Positions 40,748-52,198 of a stretch of 64,000 nt of DNA are shown here, in pieces. The notes under the pieces were generated by a model. The model was not told where the DNA came from. It ran no database searches and saw nothing but the letters and a program-made list of their open reading frames with translations. Each line of letters opens with the position of its first letter. Position 1 is the stretch's first letter. The DNA is from Escherichia phage REP2. Location: the sequence record OQ174501.1; one strand, 5' to 3'. A program made the position numbers and the translations under genes.

Positions 40748-42841
40748 ATGGAACTTATTACAGAATTATTTGACGAAGATACTACTCTTCCGATTACAAA
40801 CTTAAATCCAAAGAAGAAAATACCACAAATTTTTTCAGTTCATGTTGATGATGCAATTGAACAACCAGGCTTTCGTTTATGTACCTATACATCTGGAGGT
40901 GATACTAATCGTGATTTAAAGATGGGCGATAAAATGATGCACATTGTTCCTTTTACATTAACTGCTAAAGGTTCAATTGCTAAATTAAAAGGTCTTGGTC
41001 CAAGCCCGATTAATTATATCAATTCAGTTTTTACTGTTGCAATGCAAACAATGCGTCAATATAAAATTGATGCCTGTATGCTTCGTATTCTTAAGTCTAA
41101 AACCGCCGGTCAAGCTCGACAAATTCAACTTATTGCTGATAGACTCATCCGCAGTCGTTCAGGTGGCAGATACGTCCTTCTTAAGGAACTCTGGGATTAC
41201 GATAAAAAGTATGCATATATTCTTATACATCGTAAAAATGTATCACTAGAAGACATTCCAGGAGTTCCAGAAATTAGCACCGAGCTTTTTACTAAAGTTG
41301 AATCGAAGGTCGGTGATGTTTATATCAATAAAGATACTGGAGCTCAAGTAACCAAAAATGAGGCAATTGCTGCATCTATTGCACAAGAAAATGATAAACG
41401 TTCTGACCAAGCCGTAATCGTTAAAGTTAAAATTTCCCGTAGAGCAATTGCACAAAGTCAGTCATTGGAATCTTCTAGATTTGAAAGTGAATTATTCCAG
41501 AAGTATGAATCTACAGCAGCTAATTTTAATAAACCAGCTACTGCACCTTTAATTCCCGAAGCAGAAGAAATGAAAATTGGAATTAATTCATTAGCTTCTA
41601 AAACAAAGGCAGCAAAAATTATTGCTGAAGGAACGGCAGATGAACTTCACTATGATTATAAATTCTTTCCAATGAGTCAAGTCGGTGAAGTTTCAGAAAA
41701 AATTAAAGAAGTAATTTTTAATGCAATTAAAAATGAACCAACTACTTCAATAAAATGTTTAGAGAAATACGCAGCAGCTGTAAATCAATTCTTTGAAGAT
41801 TATAAAGATAAATGGCTTGCTAATCATAATAAAAATCGTAAAGGACAACCAGATGAAGTCTGGGAAGAAATAACTAAAAATTCCTGGAACGCAGCAAAAA
41901 CTAAATTCCTCAAACGAATGATTTACAGTTTTTCTGGAATTGGTGCTGGTCCAATGATTGATATTACTATTGCCCGCGATGGTTCTAAATATACTCCATC
42001 ACAAAAGCGTGGCATTAGAGAATATTGCGGTTCAGGATATACTGACATCAATAATCTTCTTTTAGGTCGTTACAATCCAGAACGATACGATGTAATGAGT
42101 GAAAAAGAAATTGAATCTGCTATAAATAACTTAGATTCAGCTTTTGAAAATGGTGACCGTATACCAGAAGGCATTACAGTTTATCGTGCTCAAAGTATGA
42201 CTGCTCCTATATATGAAGCGTTAGTTAAAAATAAAGTGTTCTACTTCAGAAATTTTGTATCTACTTCTTTAACTCCTATCATTTTTGGACGTTTTGGAAT
42301 CACACATGCTGGTATTGGTCTTTTAGAACCAGAAGCTCGTAACGAATTAACAGTTGATAAAAATGAAGAAGGAATAACTATTAATCCAAACGAAATAAGA
42401 GCGTATAAAGAAAATCCTGAATATGTTAAAGTTCAAATAGGATGGGCAATTGATGGAGCTCATAAAGTTAATGTTGTATATCCAGGAAGTCTCGGAATAG
42501 CAACAGAAGCTGAAGTTATTCTACCACGCGGATTGATGGTCAAGGTTAATAAAATAACTGATGCTTCTAATAATGACGGAACAACATCTAATAATACAAA
42601 ACTCATTCAAGCTGAAGTTATGACCACGGAAGAGCTCACCGAATCGGTAATCTATGATGGAGACCATTTAATGGAAACTGGTGAATTGGTTGCAATGACA
42701 GGTGATATTGAAATAGAAGACAGAGTTGACTTTGCATCATTTGTTTCATCAAATATTAAACAGAAAGTAGAATCATCTCTTGGAATTATTGCGTCTTGCA
42801 TAGATATTACAAACATGCCTTACAAGTTCGTTCAAGGATAA
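40748..42841 (+). CDS. alt: Alt ADP-ribosyltransferase (virion-injected)
   Basis: 697 aa; N-terminus MELITELFDEDTTLPITNL...; R-S-E ART motifs (YRAQ, FVSTSL, EAEVILPRG); matches T4 Alt. Confidence 0.9.
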   Translation: MELITELFDEDTTLPITNLNPKKKIPQIFSVHVDDAIEQPGFRLCTYTSGGDTNRDLKMGDKMMHIVPFTLTAKGSIAKLKGLGPSPINYINSVFTVAMQTMRQYKIDACMLRILKSKTAGQARQIQLIADRLIRSRSGGRYVLLKELWDYDKKYAYILIHRKNVSLEDIPGVPEISTELFTKVESKVGDVYINKDTGAQVTKNEAIAASIAQENDKRSDQAVIVKVKISRRAIAQSQSLESSRFESELFQKYESTAANFNKPATAPLIPEAEEMKIGINSLASKTKAAKIIAEGTADELHYDYKFFPMSQVGEVSEKIKEVIFNAIKNEPTTSIKCLEKYAAAVNQFFEDYKDKWLANHNKNRKGQPDEVWEEITKNSWNAAKTKFLKRMIYSFSGIGAGPMIDITIARDGSKYTPSQKRGIREYCGSGYTDINNLLLGRYNPERYDVMSEKEIESAINNLDSAFENGDRIPEGITVYRAQSMTAPIYEALVKNKVFYFRNFVSTSLTPIIFGRFGITHAGIGLLEPEARNELTVDKNEEGITINPNEIRAYKENPEYVKVQIGWAIDGAHKVNVVYPGSLGIATEAEVILPRGLMVKVNKITDASNNDGTTSNNTKLIQAEVMTTEELTESVIYDGDHLMETGELVAMTGDIEIEDRVDFASFVSSNIKQKVESSLGIIASCIDITNMPYKFVQG

Positions 42842-42844
42842 ATC

Positions 42845-44902
42845 ATGGAACTTATTACAGAATTATTTGACGGCGCCGAAGCGCCGGTTGTTAACTTAAA
42901 TCCTAAGCATAAAATACCTCAAATTTTTGCTATTCAAGCCGGTGAAGAAAGCGTTCTTCCTGGATTTCGATTTTGTACATACACCTCTGGCGGTGATACG
43001 AATAAAAACGTTAAGCCAGGCGACAAAATGATGCATATCGTAATGATAGGTGTTAATGAGAAACTATCATTAGTTAAGCTTAAAAACTTGGGTGGAAATC
43101 CAATTGGCGTCATTAATGCTGTTTTTGATACTGCTCTTCAAACAATGAAGCAGTATAAAATTGATGCATGCCTATTCCGCGTACTAAAAAGTAAAACAAA
43201 TGGCGCAGCTCGTCAAATGCAAGTTATTGCTGACCGTTTAGTACGTACTAAAGGAGCAGGTCGATATGTTCTTTTAAAGGAAATCTGGGATTATGATAAA
43301 AAGTACGCATATATTATGGTTTACCGTAAAAATGCCAATTTAGAAGACATTCCAGGTGTACCTCCTATTTCAACCGAGTTATTCACAAAAGTTGAATCAA
43401 AGGTTGGTGATGTTTATGTAGACGTTAAAACAGGTAATGCTGTTCCTAAAGCTGTTGCTGTTGCTGCTTCTATTGCTTTAGAAAATGATAAGCGCACGGA
43501 TCAAGCTGTTATTCAGAAAACTAAAATTAGTCGTCGATTAGCAGCACAAGCTCAATATTCTACTGTTGATGCTTCACTTCAGGGTGATAGCTTCGCTGCT
43601 AAGAAATATCAAGAGTTTGAATCTAAAGTTCCGGTATATAAAGCAGAAGGACCAATGAACTCTGGCGTTATTCAGATTGGTTCAAACTTTAGCAAAGGAG
43701 CTATCGGTGGTATGAGAAGTGCTTCTCGTTTTAAATCTAGTGATTATGAACTCGAAAGCTTCCGAAATCATATTGCATTGGCTCATGCACGTTTACGTGA
43801 TCCATCTATCAAGTTACAGAGCGATATAACATATCAAGGTTCTCAAGAATATTTAAAGAATAAAGAATTCTTTGATTATAAAACTGATAAAATTTTAAGC
43901 GATCTTGCTGATATTAATATTTCTAATAGCTTTGATGTTATTAAGAAAATTATCAATGATTTAGTTAAAGGTTCTAAAGCTACACCAGATGAAAAGACAG
44001 CTATTATTCAATTTGTAATGAATGGAATTTATAAATTAATTGATGAATCTACTGCTCAGGCATATGAATATGCAAGCACTGAAGTAACTCCAAAAGGATT
44101 AACTCAGGCTGAATCTGATGTAATTGAAGATTATTGCGCAGATTCATATGTTGAAATGAACTCGTTCCTTCTAGGTAAACCTGATTCTACACGTGAAGAA
44201 TATATGGAACGTGCTATTAAGCACATTGAGACGTTGGATTCTGCATTTGCTAAAGGTTCAGTTCTTCCTCCGGGAACTACACTTTACCGTGGCCAAGAAG
44301 TTACTTTTAAAACTTTACGTCATAATATAGAAAATAAAATGTTCTATTTCAAGAACTTTGTATCTACTTCACTCAAGCCAAATATCTTCGGTGAATATGG
44401 TAAAAATTATATGGCTTTAGATGACGCTGGAACAGTATTTTCTGGTGAAGGAGAAGGTTCAGTTGATGCTGAAGATTTAATGCATATGGGTAGTCATTCT
44501 ACATATGCGAATGAAGACGCTGAAACTAATGTAGGTATGGTAATTAAAGGAGCTGAACGAGTTAAAGTTATCGTTCCAGGTCATTTATCAGGATTTCCAT
44601 CCGAAGCTGAAGTTATTTTGCCGCGTGGAATTTTACTGAAGATTAATAAAGTAAGTACGTACATGATGAAAGAAACCGCTTATAATAAGTATCTAATTGA
44701 AGGCACGATTGTTCCTCCTTCTGAACAATTAGAGGAATCGGTATATGATGGTGACCATTTGATGGAAACCGGAGAAGTTCGTCCAATGGCTGGATTTAAT
44801 CAATTCCTTGTAGAAGAATCAAAAGAAGAGGAAAGCGAAGTTTCTCAAATCTTAGCTTCTTTGGTTAACATCAACGGAATGTCTAAAAAGTTCAAAATGT
44901 AG
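42845..44902 (+). CDS. Alt-like ADP-ribosyltransferase paralog
   Basis: 685 aa; same N-terminal ~200 aa scaffold (MELITELFDGAEAPVVNL...), diverged middle, retained YRGQ / FVSTSL / EAEVILPRG motifs. Confidence 0.85.
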   Translation: MELITELFDGAEAPVVNLNPKHKIPQIFAIQAGEESVLPGFRFCTYTSGGDTNKNVKPGDKMMHIVMIGVNEKLSLVKLKNLGGNPIGVINAVFDTALQTMKQYKIDACLFRVLKSKTNGAARQMQVIADRLVRTKGAGRYVLLKEIWDYDKKYAYIMVYRKNANLEDIPGVPPISTELFTKVESKVGDVYVDVKTGNAVPKAVAVAASIALENDKRTDQAVIQKTKISRRLAAQAQYSTVDASLQGDSFAAKKYQEFESKVPVYKAEGPMNSGVIQIGSNFSKGAIGGMRSASRFKSSDYELESFRNHIALAHARLRDPSIKLQSDITYQGSQEYLKNKEFFDYKTDKILSDLADINISNSFDVIKKIINDLVKGSKATPDEKTAIIQFVMNGIYKLIDESTAQAYEYASTEVTPKGLTQAESDVIEDYCADSYVEMNSFLLGKPDSTREEYMERAIKHIETLDSAFAKGSVLPPGTTLYRGQEVTFKTLRHNIENKMFYFKNFVSTSLKPNIFGEYGKNYMALDDAGTVFSGEGEGSVDAEDLMHMGSHSTYANEDAETNVGMVIKGAERVKVIVPGHLSGFPSEAEVILPRGILLKINKVSTYMMKETAYNKYLIEGTIVPPSEQLEESVYDGDHLMETGEVRPMAGFNQFLVEESKEEESEVSQILASLVNINGMSKKFKM

Positions 44903-44931
44903 TTTACAAGTCCCTCGTGTTGTGTTATAGT
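44902..44931 (+). promoter_or_regulatory. Early-type promoter, second copy of the alc promoter-leader cassette
   Basis: GTTTACAAGTCCCTCGTGTTGTGTTATA identical to 29062-29089; ACTGACATAACATGAGGA identical to the alc leader. Confidence 0.6.
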
Positions 44932-44962
44932 AGTTTTACTGACATAACATGAGGAACACAAA

Positions 44963-45253
44963 ATGAAATCTTCTTTGCGCTTTTTAGGTCAAGAACTCGT
45001 CGTTGAGGGCGTTATTCCCGCTGATAACGCTTTCAATGAAGCAGTTTATGATGAATTTATTAAAATTTTCGGAACCGATAAAAAGTTTGGAATTTTTCCT
45101 TCTGAAAATTTTTCAAAGCCAGAACAGACTGAAAGTATTTTCCAAGGTGTAGTAACAGGTAAATTTGAGTCAGAAGCTCCGGTAAAAATTGAGGTTTATA
45201 TTGAAGAAACCTCTGTTGCTTCAGTTGCTGCTTTTATTTCATTCCGTAAATAA
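44963..45253 (+). CDS. Hypothetical protein (alt.-1 region)
   Basis: 96-aa ORF with SD GAGGA upstream. Confidence 0.55.
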   Translation: MKSSLRFLGQELVVEGVIPADNAFNEAVYDEFIKIFGTDKKFGIFPSENFSKPEQTESIFQGVVTGKFESEAPVKIEVYIEETSVASVAAFISFRK

Positions 45254-45257
45254 AAAT

Positions 45258-45282
45258 ATGGGGACCTTTCGGTCCCCATTGT
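45258..45282. terminator. Bidirectional hairpin terminator between the alt block (+) and gene 54 (-)
   Basis: TGGGGACC-TTTC-GGTCCCCA flanked by A/T runs on both sides. Confidence 0.7.
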
Positions 45283-46247
45283 TATATTGCTCCTAATATT
45301 TTACTTTGCGAATTGACAATTCCTGTCATAGTATTAATATTTGAAATGCTTCCTGCAGTTCCCCCTAATCTACTAAGTCGTGAAAGCGAATTAGATAGTC
45401 CAGTAACACCTCCACTATTTCCGAGAACGCTTTGAATACCATTTATAGTAGCAGATTCAAGCCATTCAAGGGCAGCTTGTCTATCAACTGCTCCAGCCTG
45501 CATCACTCTATACGCAAAAGTAACGTCAAATGTAGTTATTTGGTTATCTCCATCATATGATAACTCAGGAGCGCTCACTGATATTGGAATGCATCCAGTG
45601 AACATCACCGCAGTATGAGGTAATCCATTGCGAGAATGAAGATTAACCTGAATATCTGCCTCGACATCTTGCGGCAAAGCACGCAATCCAGTTACTGGGT
45701 CTTGAACAGCGTTAACCCAGTCTTGCATTGCACGATAGTTACAAGCTTCTGAATCCATTCTGAATGAAATAACCAAAGGGTCTAATTCTCTTCCAGTTAT
45801 ACGAATATTAGGAGAATTATAGTTCCAGTCAGTTTCATAGGATAATCTATTCTCTGGCATTTTTACAGAATATATCATCAATCCAGATGAGTTATATGCC
45901 ATGTTAAAGAAGTCAATTAAATATGTACCAACTGTAAATGAGCCTAATAAACTCTGAACAGTACGCTGACTCATAGCGCCAATAAGATATTTACTGACTC
46001 CCGATTTTCTTATTAGTTTTTGTGTGCCAGCGGTAATTAGCGTGGTAATTCCCTGATTAATATCACCTTGAGTTAATCCCAACCAATCTGAATTTAGACC
46101 CAAGTTATTATAAGCAAAGTTACTAATTGAGCTTATTAACGATGAGCTTTTAGTTGATGGAGTTGTAGCAAAAACACAGCTGAACATATTATTACGTTGG
46201 AAGTCTGCGTTTATTGCTTGATTATTAAATTCCTCTAAAGAATACAT
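45282..46247 (-). CDS. 54: Baseplate tail-tube initiator gp54
   Basis: 321 aa (T4 about 320); synteny. Confidence 0.9.
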   Translation of the reverse strand: MYSLEEFNNQAINADFQRNNMFSCVFATTPSTKSSSLISSISNFAYNNLGLNSDWLGLTQGDINQGITTLITAGTQKLIRKSGVSKYLIGAMSQRTVQSLLGSFTVGTYLIDFFNMAYNSSGLMIYSVKMPENRLSYETDWNYNSPNIRITGRELDPLVISFRMDSEACNYRAMQDWVNAVQDPVTGLRALPQDVEADIQVNLHSRNGLPHTAVMFTGCIPISVSAPELSYDGDNQITTFDVTFAYRVMQAGAVDRQAALEWLESATINGIQSVLGNSGGVTGLSNSLSRLSRLGGTAGSISNINTMTGIVNSQSKILGAI

Positions 46248-47341
46248 TAGAAAGTCCCCGTATATAAAGAAGCACGGTTTAACGTAATAATCTCTCTCAT
46301 AGTAATCTCGAGTGTAAAAGAACTTGGAAGGTTAGGAGCAATAGCTAATCCATTAAAGTTACCATTTGGTGTTTTATCAAATCTAATACTCTGTATTTGG
46401 CATGGACCGAATACTTCAGTCTTTCCATCAAATTTAGAAGTTGCACCAAAGTTTTTCACCATCCAAATTGTCGGGTTTGAAACTACAAGAACGTTCGTTA
46501 AACTCGATGTCATTTTTTCAAATAACGTCTTGTTTTTAATCGCGTCTTCTGGCGTTAATGGTTCAATAAATGTAGAACGATACCACTCATCTAAATATCC
46601 TTTTATTTCAGCAGCATATTGAGATTTACCAGTTTCACCGTAAGAAAAATAGTTAAAATACTGATAGATATTAATAATAGCCATTAAATCTTCTGTTGAG
46701 CGCGGAGTTAAATCCCAAGTGAACACTTTAGTTCTATTTTCAGCACCGCCGTACATGCTTCTGGCTGTTGTATAGATCTGTTCATTATTATCAGCCATTA
46801 TACCTTGTGTTATACTTTCCAACGCTCCAAATACTGCGGTTGAAGCCATATTGCTTAGAACACCAGTAGCAGTACCTCCGCCTTTTGTAATAAGACTATC
46901 TTGAACATCATTAAATCTATGTGATGACGTATCGACGTCAGATTTAGATCTAGGTAAAAGAATATTTGCAACAGGAACTTTACTTATTGTTCCTGAATTA
47001 TTATCTGATATTAGTCCATTTGATAGTTTTGATACTGTATTACTGATAGTGTTTCTGGCTGTACGTAAAATACTCGAAGATGAAGAAGAGTAGTTAGATC
47101 TCATCGTTCTAAGACTTCCAGAATCCCTAGATGACATATTGTATGCAGTAAATAATAATCCATTCTTATATAGATCTGTTACCTGGAAGTCCCCTGTAGT
47201 GTCATTACCACTAGCACGCCCAGTTGGAAACTGGGCTGTGTATGTTTTAGTTCCTACTTCTGATTTAGTACTCTGTCCGGCTGAAATTGTTTCACCGGAC
47301 TTTTTAATTAAATCAGCAGTTATTTCTTTAACAATTGCCAT
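46247..47341 (-). CDS. 48: Baseplate tail-tube cap gp48
   Basis: 364 aa, as in T4. Confidence 0.9.
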   Translation of the reverse strand: MAIVKEITADLIKKSGETISAGQSTKSEVGTKTYTAQFPTGRASGNDTTGDFQVTDLYKNGLLFTAYNMSSRDSGSLRTMRSNYSSSSSSILRTARNTISNTVSKLSNGLISDNNSGTISKVPVANILLPRSKSDVDTSSHRFNDVQDSLITKGGGTATGVLSNMASTAVFGALESITQGIMADNNEQIYTTARSMYGGAENRTKVFTWDLTPRSTEDLMAIINIYQYFNYFSYGETGKSQYAAEIKGYLDEWYRSTFIEPLTPEDAIKNKTLFEKMTSSLTNVLVVSNPTIWMVKNFGATSKFDGKTEVFGPCQIQSIRFDKTPNGNFNGLAIAPNLPSSFTLEITMREIITLNRASLYTGTF

Positions 47342-47349
47342 ATTATTCC

Positions 47350-49122
47350 TTAATTAACTCCCGTCGCACCAAATACACCAGGAGCAGTTGTGCTTGTGAC
47401 AGGTGTCATATTATGAACGACAGTATTTTTCTTAATAACATTATTAGTATTATTGATTGAAGGAGATGCTTGTTGAACAGGAGCTTGTTGTGCTTTGTTC
47501 TTTTCAATCACCTGGACCTGTTTTGCCTCTGGTGATTTAGCAGAAGTTTCAGGTTTTGCTTCAGGTTGATTTTTCTTGAGCTCTTGATAAGTGGCATCAA
47601 TTTTAGCAAATCTAGAAGCAAGTTCTTTTTTAACTGCTGGTGAATTATTTAAATCCGGATCATTCATTCGTTTTTTAAGGTCTTCATGAGCAGCTTCAAT
47701 TGATTTAACTGTCGAGTCTTTGCTCATATCAGCTGAATCAGCGTATTTTTCAAAACGAATCATCGCAGCACGAGCTTCATTAGCTTTCATTAAAGCATTT
47801 TTTCTTTCTTCCGGTGAAAGTTGTTTTAATTTTTCTTCTTCTGCTGCACGTTCTTCGTCAGTAGTCAATGCTTCTTTATTATCTACACCACGAATCCAGT
47901 TAGATGCACGAGTTTTCCAGTTCGCAATTTTGTCTAATCCTTTTGCTATTGGGCCAAGATCATCATTCATTCGTTTATCTTGATAATTTGCTACTTTTTC
48001 TTGGTCTTCTTTATTAAGAGATGCTCCAGTAGAATTTTGGAAATTTTCTAATGCTCTTCCTTCTACTTCATCAGCAGTATCCTTCATGCCAGGAATGACT
48101 CGAAGAATTGCTGCAGATAATTTAGCCATACCTAATTGAATAAGCTCTCCTAAATTATAAAGAACACTTCCAAGCCCTTCAACAATAGCTACTGTCAATC
48201 CGCCCCAATCTCCAGCTTCCCAAAGTTGTTTAATTTTATCAATAGAATCAAAGATGCTCTGTAATAAAGGACCCCATGTTCCGGTTTCGCTAGAGAATTT
48301 AGTAAAATCAGTGCTAAATAAATCCCAGGCTTTTGAAAATTTATCTGACCAGTATTTAAAATGAACCATCAGCAGGTCTATTCCAATAACAACAGCCATT
48401 ATCAATGCAACCATTTTAGCAGCTTCAATAGCAGCACTGACGGTATACTTAAATAGCATGCTAGATATTTTATCAGTAATTGAAATAGATTTCTTAAATC
48501 CGAAATCAACTGTCTTTGTTAATTTATCTAAAGCTTGAGATAATTTTAAGTTAAATGCGTCTCTTTTTTGCTTCTCTTCTGGAGACTCTTGTTTTGGTTC
48601 AATTGGCTGAGGAGTAGGGAAAAAATCAGCATCAGGATCATTATTAACTGCTTCAGGAGCCGGTAATAAAGGACCCACAGATTCAGCTGTATCATCCTCG
48701 ACGACTTTAACAGGAATAGCATTTTCGACTACTGCTAAACTCGTTCCAGTTTGCTGAATTCCAGCTGTCTGAATTTTTTGTTCCAGTAAACTTGTTAATT
48801 TATCTAATTTGCTTCCGAGCGATTCACCGATTTCTTTATTAATATTGTTTCCAATTTCAACAGTTTCAGCAATTAACTCAGAACCGGCAGTAGTATCACT
48901 TACTGCGCTTTCAACGTTATCAATTGCTCCAACTATTTCATTTGATTTTTCTTCAACAGTCTGAGCTATTAATTCAGAAGCAGCTTGAGCATCATCTAAT
49001 TTTGTAGAAATGTCATTAAGACCAGATAAAGTATTAGAAGCGGATTTAGCCGCGTCCTGTGTTGGTTTATTATCTGAAATAACTTTTCTACGCATCGTTT
49101 GCATTTCTTGTGGCTTTTTCAT
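47350..49122 (-). CDS. 29: Baseplate hub / tail-length determinator gp29
   Basis: 590 aa, as in T4. Confidence 0.9.
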   Translation of the reverse strand: MKKPQEMQTMRRKVISDNKPTQDAAKSASNTLSGLNDISTKLDDAQAASELIAQTVEEKSNEIVGAIDNVESAVSDTTAGSELIAETVEIGNNINKEIGESLGSKLDKLTSLLEQKIQTAGIQQTGTSLAVVENAIPVKVVEDDTAESVGPLLPAPEAVNNDPDADFFPTPQPIEPKQESPEEKQKRDAFNLKLSQALDKLTKTVDFGFKKSISITDKISSMLFKYTVSAAIEAAKMVALIMAVVIGIDLLMVHFKYWSDKFSKAWDLFSTDFTKFSSETGTWGPLLQSIFDSIDKIKQLWEAGDWGGLTVAIVEGLGSVLYNLGELIQLGMAKLSAAILRVIPGMKDTADEVEGRALENFQNSTGASLNKEDQEKVANYQDKRMNDDLGPIAKGLDKIANWKTRASNWIRGVDNKEALTTDEERAAEEEKLKQLSPEERKNALMKANEARAAMIRFEKYADSADMSKDSTVKSIEAAHEDLKKRMNDPDLNNSPAVKKELASRFAKIDATYQELKKNQPEAKPETSAKSPEAKQVQVIEKNKAQQAPVQQASPSINNTNNVIKKNTVVHNMTPVTSTTAPGVFGATGVN

Positions 49123-49652
49123 TCAAATAATCCAATAATATTGCCAATTCCGGTTATTGGACCATTAGGGCCAGGAATTGCTAAAGTTGTAGAAATATCA
49201 TTTGCCCATTTTAAAACAAATGCTGGCATCTCAAGAAAATTAATTTCTTTAACTTCATCATTGACCTTAAGCAAGCATTTGGATAACATATCGCTTACAG
49301 TTAAAAATTGTTCAAATTTTCCAGGAGGTCTAAAATAAAATGTATTTCCTTGGTATTGAAATTCCAATCTTTGACATACATAAACGTCATTAATATCATA
49401 AGTATAACCATCTATTTCTTTACGAGATTTAATCTTTCCATTAAATTCTAGCAAATGAATAGAAACGAAATCAACTTCTGCCGGTGATAAATTTGGACAA
49501 ATAGAATCAATAAGAAGCTTTAAATTTTCATCAGGACCTTTAACATCTTTTAAAATGTTATAATGTTTAAGACCCATCTTAGGAATAGAAACTTCTTTAT
49601 TACTTATCGGAAGAACTACTTTCTTCAGTGGTAGTATCAGTTTTAAATTCAT
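49119..49652 (-). CDS. 28: Baseplate hub distal subunit gp28
   Basis: 177 aa from [11 protein letters not shown]..., SD AAGG 6 nt upstream; the track ORF extends 14 codons further. Confidence 0.8.
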   Translation of the reverse strand: MNLKLILPLKKVVLPISNKEVSIPKMGLKHYNILKDVKGPDENLKLLIDSICPNLSPAEVDFVSIHLLEFNGKIKSRKEIDGYTYDINDVYVCQRLEFQYQGNTFYFRPPGKFEQFLTVSDMLSKCLLKVNDEVKEINFLEMPAFVLKWANDISTTLAIPGPNGPITGIGNIIGLFE

Positions 49653-50772
49653 TTTTAACCTTAACTGGGTCGATTGTTTCCAGTTTCGTTGCATTAGTGA
49701 ACATATATAGATGAGTTACTGAATTATTATTGGATAATTCATGGATAACTTCATCAACGTAAAATTCTGTTTTAAATTGGTTTTTACTATCATTAAAAAT
49801 AATTTTAACGCCAGGAGTCAAGTTAAAATTACCGACAGTAGAACATTTAGCATAGCCATCGTATTGTGCCATAGTTTGAAGACGAATAGCTTCTTCATAG
49901 CCATTCCTATAAGTCATTTCAGAATAAGCACCTGACCTTGACACTACAATAGAGTTTTCGCCCTTTCCTGTAGTAATCATTGGCAATGAAGAATCTAAAA
50001 ATGAATGAGCATAGATAGTAGCATTTTTCATTGGGTCGCGTTTATGAGGATTCGATTTAGTCAACCAAACGAAATCATATGCTAATGGATATTTTAATTC
50101 TTGGATGAATTGACCTATTAAAGATGGCTCACCGACAATCATTGGATACGGTTCTTGATTTATCATCATATCATAGTCCATCATGTTAACTCCCATGATG
50201 TCTTGCCATACAAATACAAATTTGTCACTTCCTACAGCTAGAGCAACTTCTCTGACATACGACAAATAGTTTTCAAATGTGCTAGTCCATGGAATATCAG
50301 GAACATAAGCATTTATAGCATTTATTGCTGGAGTTAATAACGTGCGATCCTGATAAATGACACCAAGCATTTCCTTTATAGATTCGCCTGCATCAGAGAA
50401 AAACGGTCTGCCAAATTTAAGATTTTCTATAGAATGAATAGTTCCCAATTCAATAGCAATGATGTTATCACCCTTTGAATCTACCGATACGGAAAAGTGC
50501 TTACATCCATAAATTCGTGTTTTAACATTATTAATATCGTTTGCATTAGCTACAGAAATCTGAATTATTTCATTTCCATCCATTTTTGTATGGATATTTT
50601 TAGAATCATAAAACTGCAGCATTCCTTCATTTCGACCATAAAGAGAATCCCGCATAGTTAATGTGGTAATAGTAGCAGCTAATTCAACAAATCTATTATT
50701 ACTCCAAGCGTCATAACTCTCAAATAATTTAACGCTGAGATTTGGATATCCGGGGCGTTGCAACATACTCAT
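49600..50772 (-). CDS. 27: Baseplate hub protein gp27
   Basis: 390 aa (T4 391); synteny. Confidence 0.9.
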   Translation of the reverse strand: MSMLQRPGYPNLSVKLFESYDAWSNNRFVELAATITTLTMRDSLYGRNEGMLQFYDSKNIHTKMDGNEIIQISVANANDINNVKTRIYGCKHFSVSVDSKGDNIIAIELGTIHSIENLKFGRPFFSDAGESIKEMLGVIYQDRTLLTPAINAINAYVPDIPWTSTFENYLSYVREVALAVGSDKFVFVWQDIMGVNMMDYDMMINQEPYPMIVGEPSLIGQFIQELKYPLAYDFVWLTKSNPHKRDPMKNATIYAHSFLDSSLPMITTGKGENSIVVSRSGAYSEMTYRNGYEEAIRLQTMAQYDGYAKCSTVGNFNLTPGVKIIFNDSKNQFKTEFYVDEVIHELSNNNSVTHLYMFTNATKLETIDPVKVKNEFKTDTTTEESSSSDK

Positions 50773-51521
50773 TGTTGTTTATCCTTCTCAATCAGTTTTA
50801 ATACGAATCCGCGCTCAGCAGGAATCATTTTCATTATTGAATTTAAGCTATAATTACTTTTTACAAGTGTGTGATTAATTTGATAAAAAGTAAATATCTC
50901 ATCTGGATTAACTAATAGCTTAAACACATCTACTATATCAGTGTATTTTTTTACATACTTATTACAACACGACATATGCAGTGTTAAATTAATAGGATTC
51001 ATTGCATCGAGAATTTTTTCTAATGTTTCTATCTCGATGGCATCAACAAGTTCTATTTGACTCGATTCGCTAATTTCCTTCCAATCATACCACATTTCAT
51101 CTACTTGAACGGAATGAATATTTTCAGTAATCATCTTTGCTTTATTTTCATAAAACTCAGAAGGAAACTTTAATTTAATTTTAACATTAGCTACATCAAA
51201 AACAGGTTCCTTTAATTCTTTTTGATATATTTCAAATGGAACTGTCTTTTCTTTTTTGCATTTTGGACATACAAATGTGACCGGTACTTTAGTTTTACCT
51301 ATTGACCCTACAAATACCTGCAAAAATATAAATGGTTGCCAAGTCTTCGGATAGTCTCCAAAATAATCGGCAATTAAATCAGCAATTATTTCTTTTTGTT
51401 CTTGTGGTGACCGATGTTCTATATCGTTTCGAACTAACAAAAAATCTCGATAATCTTCTACCGTAAATGGTTTAAAACGATGAACACCATCTGGTAATTT
51501 ACAACGAATAATGTTTGCCAT
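50769..51521 (-). CDS. 51: Baseplate hub assembly catalyst gp51
   Basis: 250 aa (T4 249); Cys-rich. Confidence 0.9.
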   Translation of the reverse strand: MANIIRCKLPDGVHRFKPFTVEDYRDFLLVRNDIEHRSPQEQKEIIADLIADYFGDYPKTWQPFIFLQVFVGSIGKTKVPVTFVCPKCKKEKTVPFEIYQKELKEPVFDVANVKIKLKFPSEFYENKAKMITENIHSVQVDEMWYDWKEISESSQIELVDAIEIETLEKILDAMNPINLTLHMSCCNKYVKKYTDIVDVFKLLVNPDEIFTFYQINHTLVKSNYSLNSIMKMIPAERGFVLKLIEKDKQQ

Positions 51522-51538
51522 AGATGCTCCTTTTATTC

Positions 51539-51550
51539 TATTTATAAATA
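51539..51550. promoter_or_regulatory. Divergent late promoters in a 12-bp palindrome TATTTATAAATA (P51 on -, P26 on +)
   Basis: TATAAATA on the + strand at 51543-51550 (21 nt from the gene 26 ATG) and on the - strand at 51539-51546 (18 nt from the gene 51 ATG). Confidence 0.7.
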
Positions 51551-51571
51551 TGATAAATAAAGGAGCTAAAT

Positions 51572-52198
51572 ATGTATGAATACAAATTTGATGTGAGAGT
51601 TGGTTCTAAAATAATCAACTGTCGCGCATTTACTCTTAAAGAATATCTAGAACTTATTACTGCTAAAAAGAACGGTTCAGTAGAAGAGATCGTTAAAAAG
51701 CTAATTAAAGACTGTACAAATGCAAAAGATTTAAACCGTCAAGAATCAGAATTATTGCTGATTCATTTATGGGCGCATTCTCTTGGAGAAGTTAATCACG
51801 AAAACTCCTGGAAGTGCACCTGTGGAACTGAAATACCAACCCATATAAATCTATTACATACACAAATAGATGCACCAGAAGACCTCTGGTATACACTGGG
51901 TGACATTAAAATTAAGTTCCATTACCCTAAAATTTTTGATGATAAAAACATAGCCAACATGATAGTATCATGTATAGAAACGATTCATGCTAACGGTGAA
52001 AGCATTCCAATTGAAGACTTAAATGAAAAAGAGTTGGAAGATTTATATTCTATCATCACAGAGTCAGATATTGTAGCTATAAAAGATATGCTTTTAAAGC
52101 CTACTGTTTATTTGGCTGTTCCAATTAAGTGTCCAGAGTGTGGAAAAACTCACGCTCATGTAATAAGAGGACTCAAAGAATTCTTTGAGCTATTGTAA
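51572..52198 (+). CDS. 26: Baseplate hub subunit gp26
   Basis: 208 aa, as in T4. Confidence 0.9.
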   Translation: MYEYKFDVRVGSKIINCRAFTLKEYLELITAKKNGSVEEIVKKLIKDCTNAKDLNRQESELLLIHLWAHSLGEVNHENSWKCTCGTEIPTHINLLHTQIDAPEDLWYTLGDIKIKFHYPKIFDDKNIANMIVSCIETIHANGESIPIEDLNEKELEDLYSIITESDIVAIKDMLLKPTVYLAVPIKCPECGKTHAHVIRGLKEFFELL

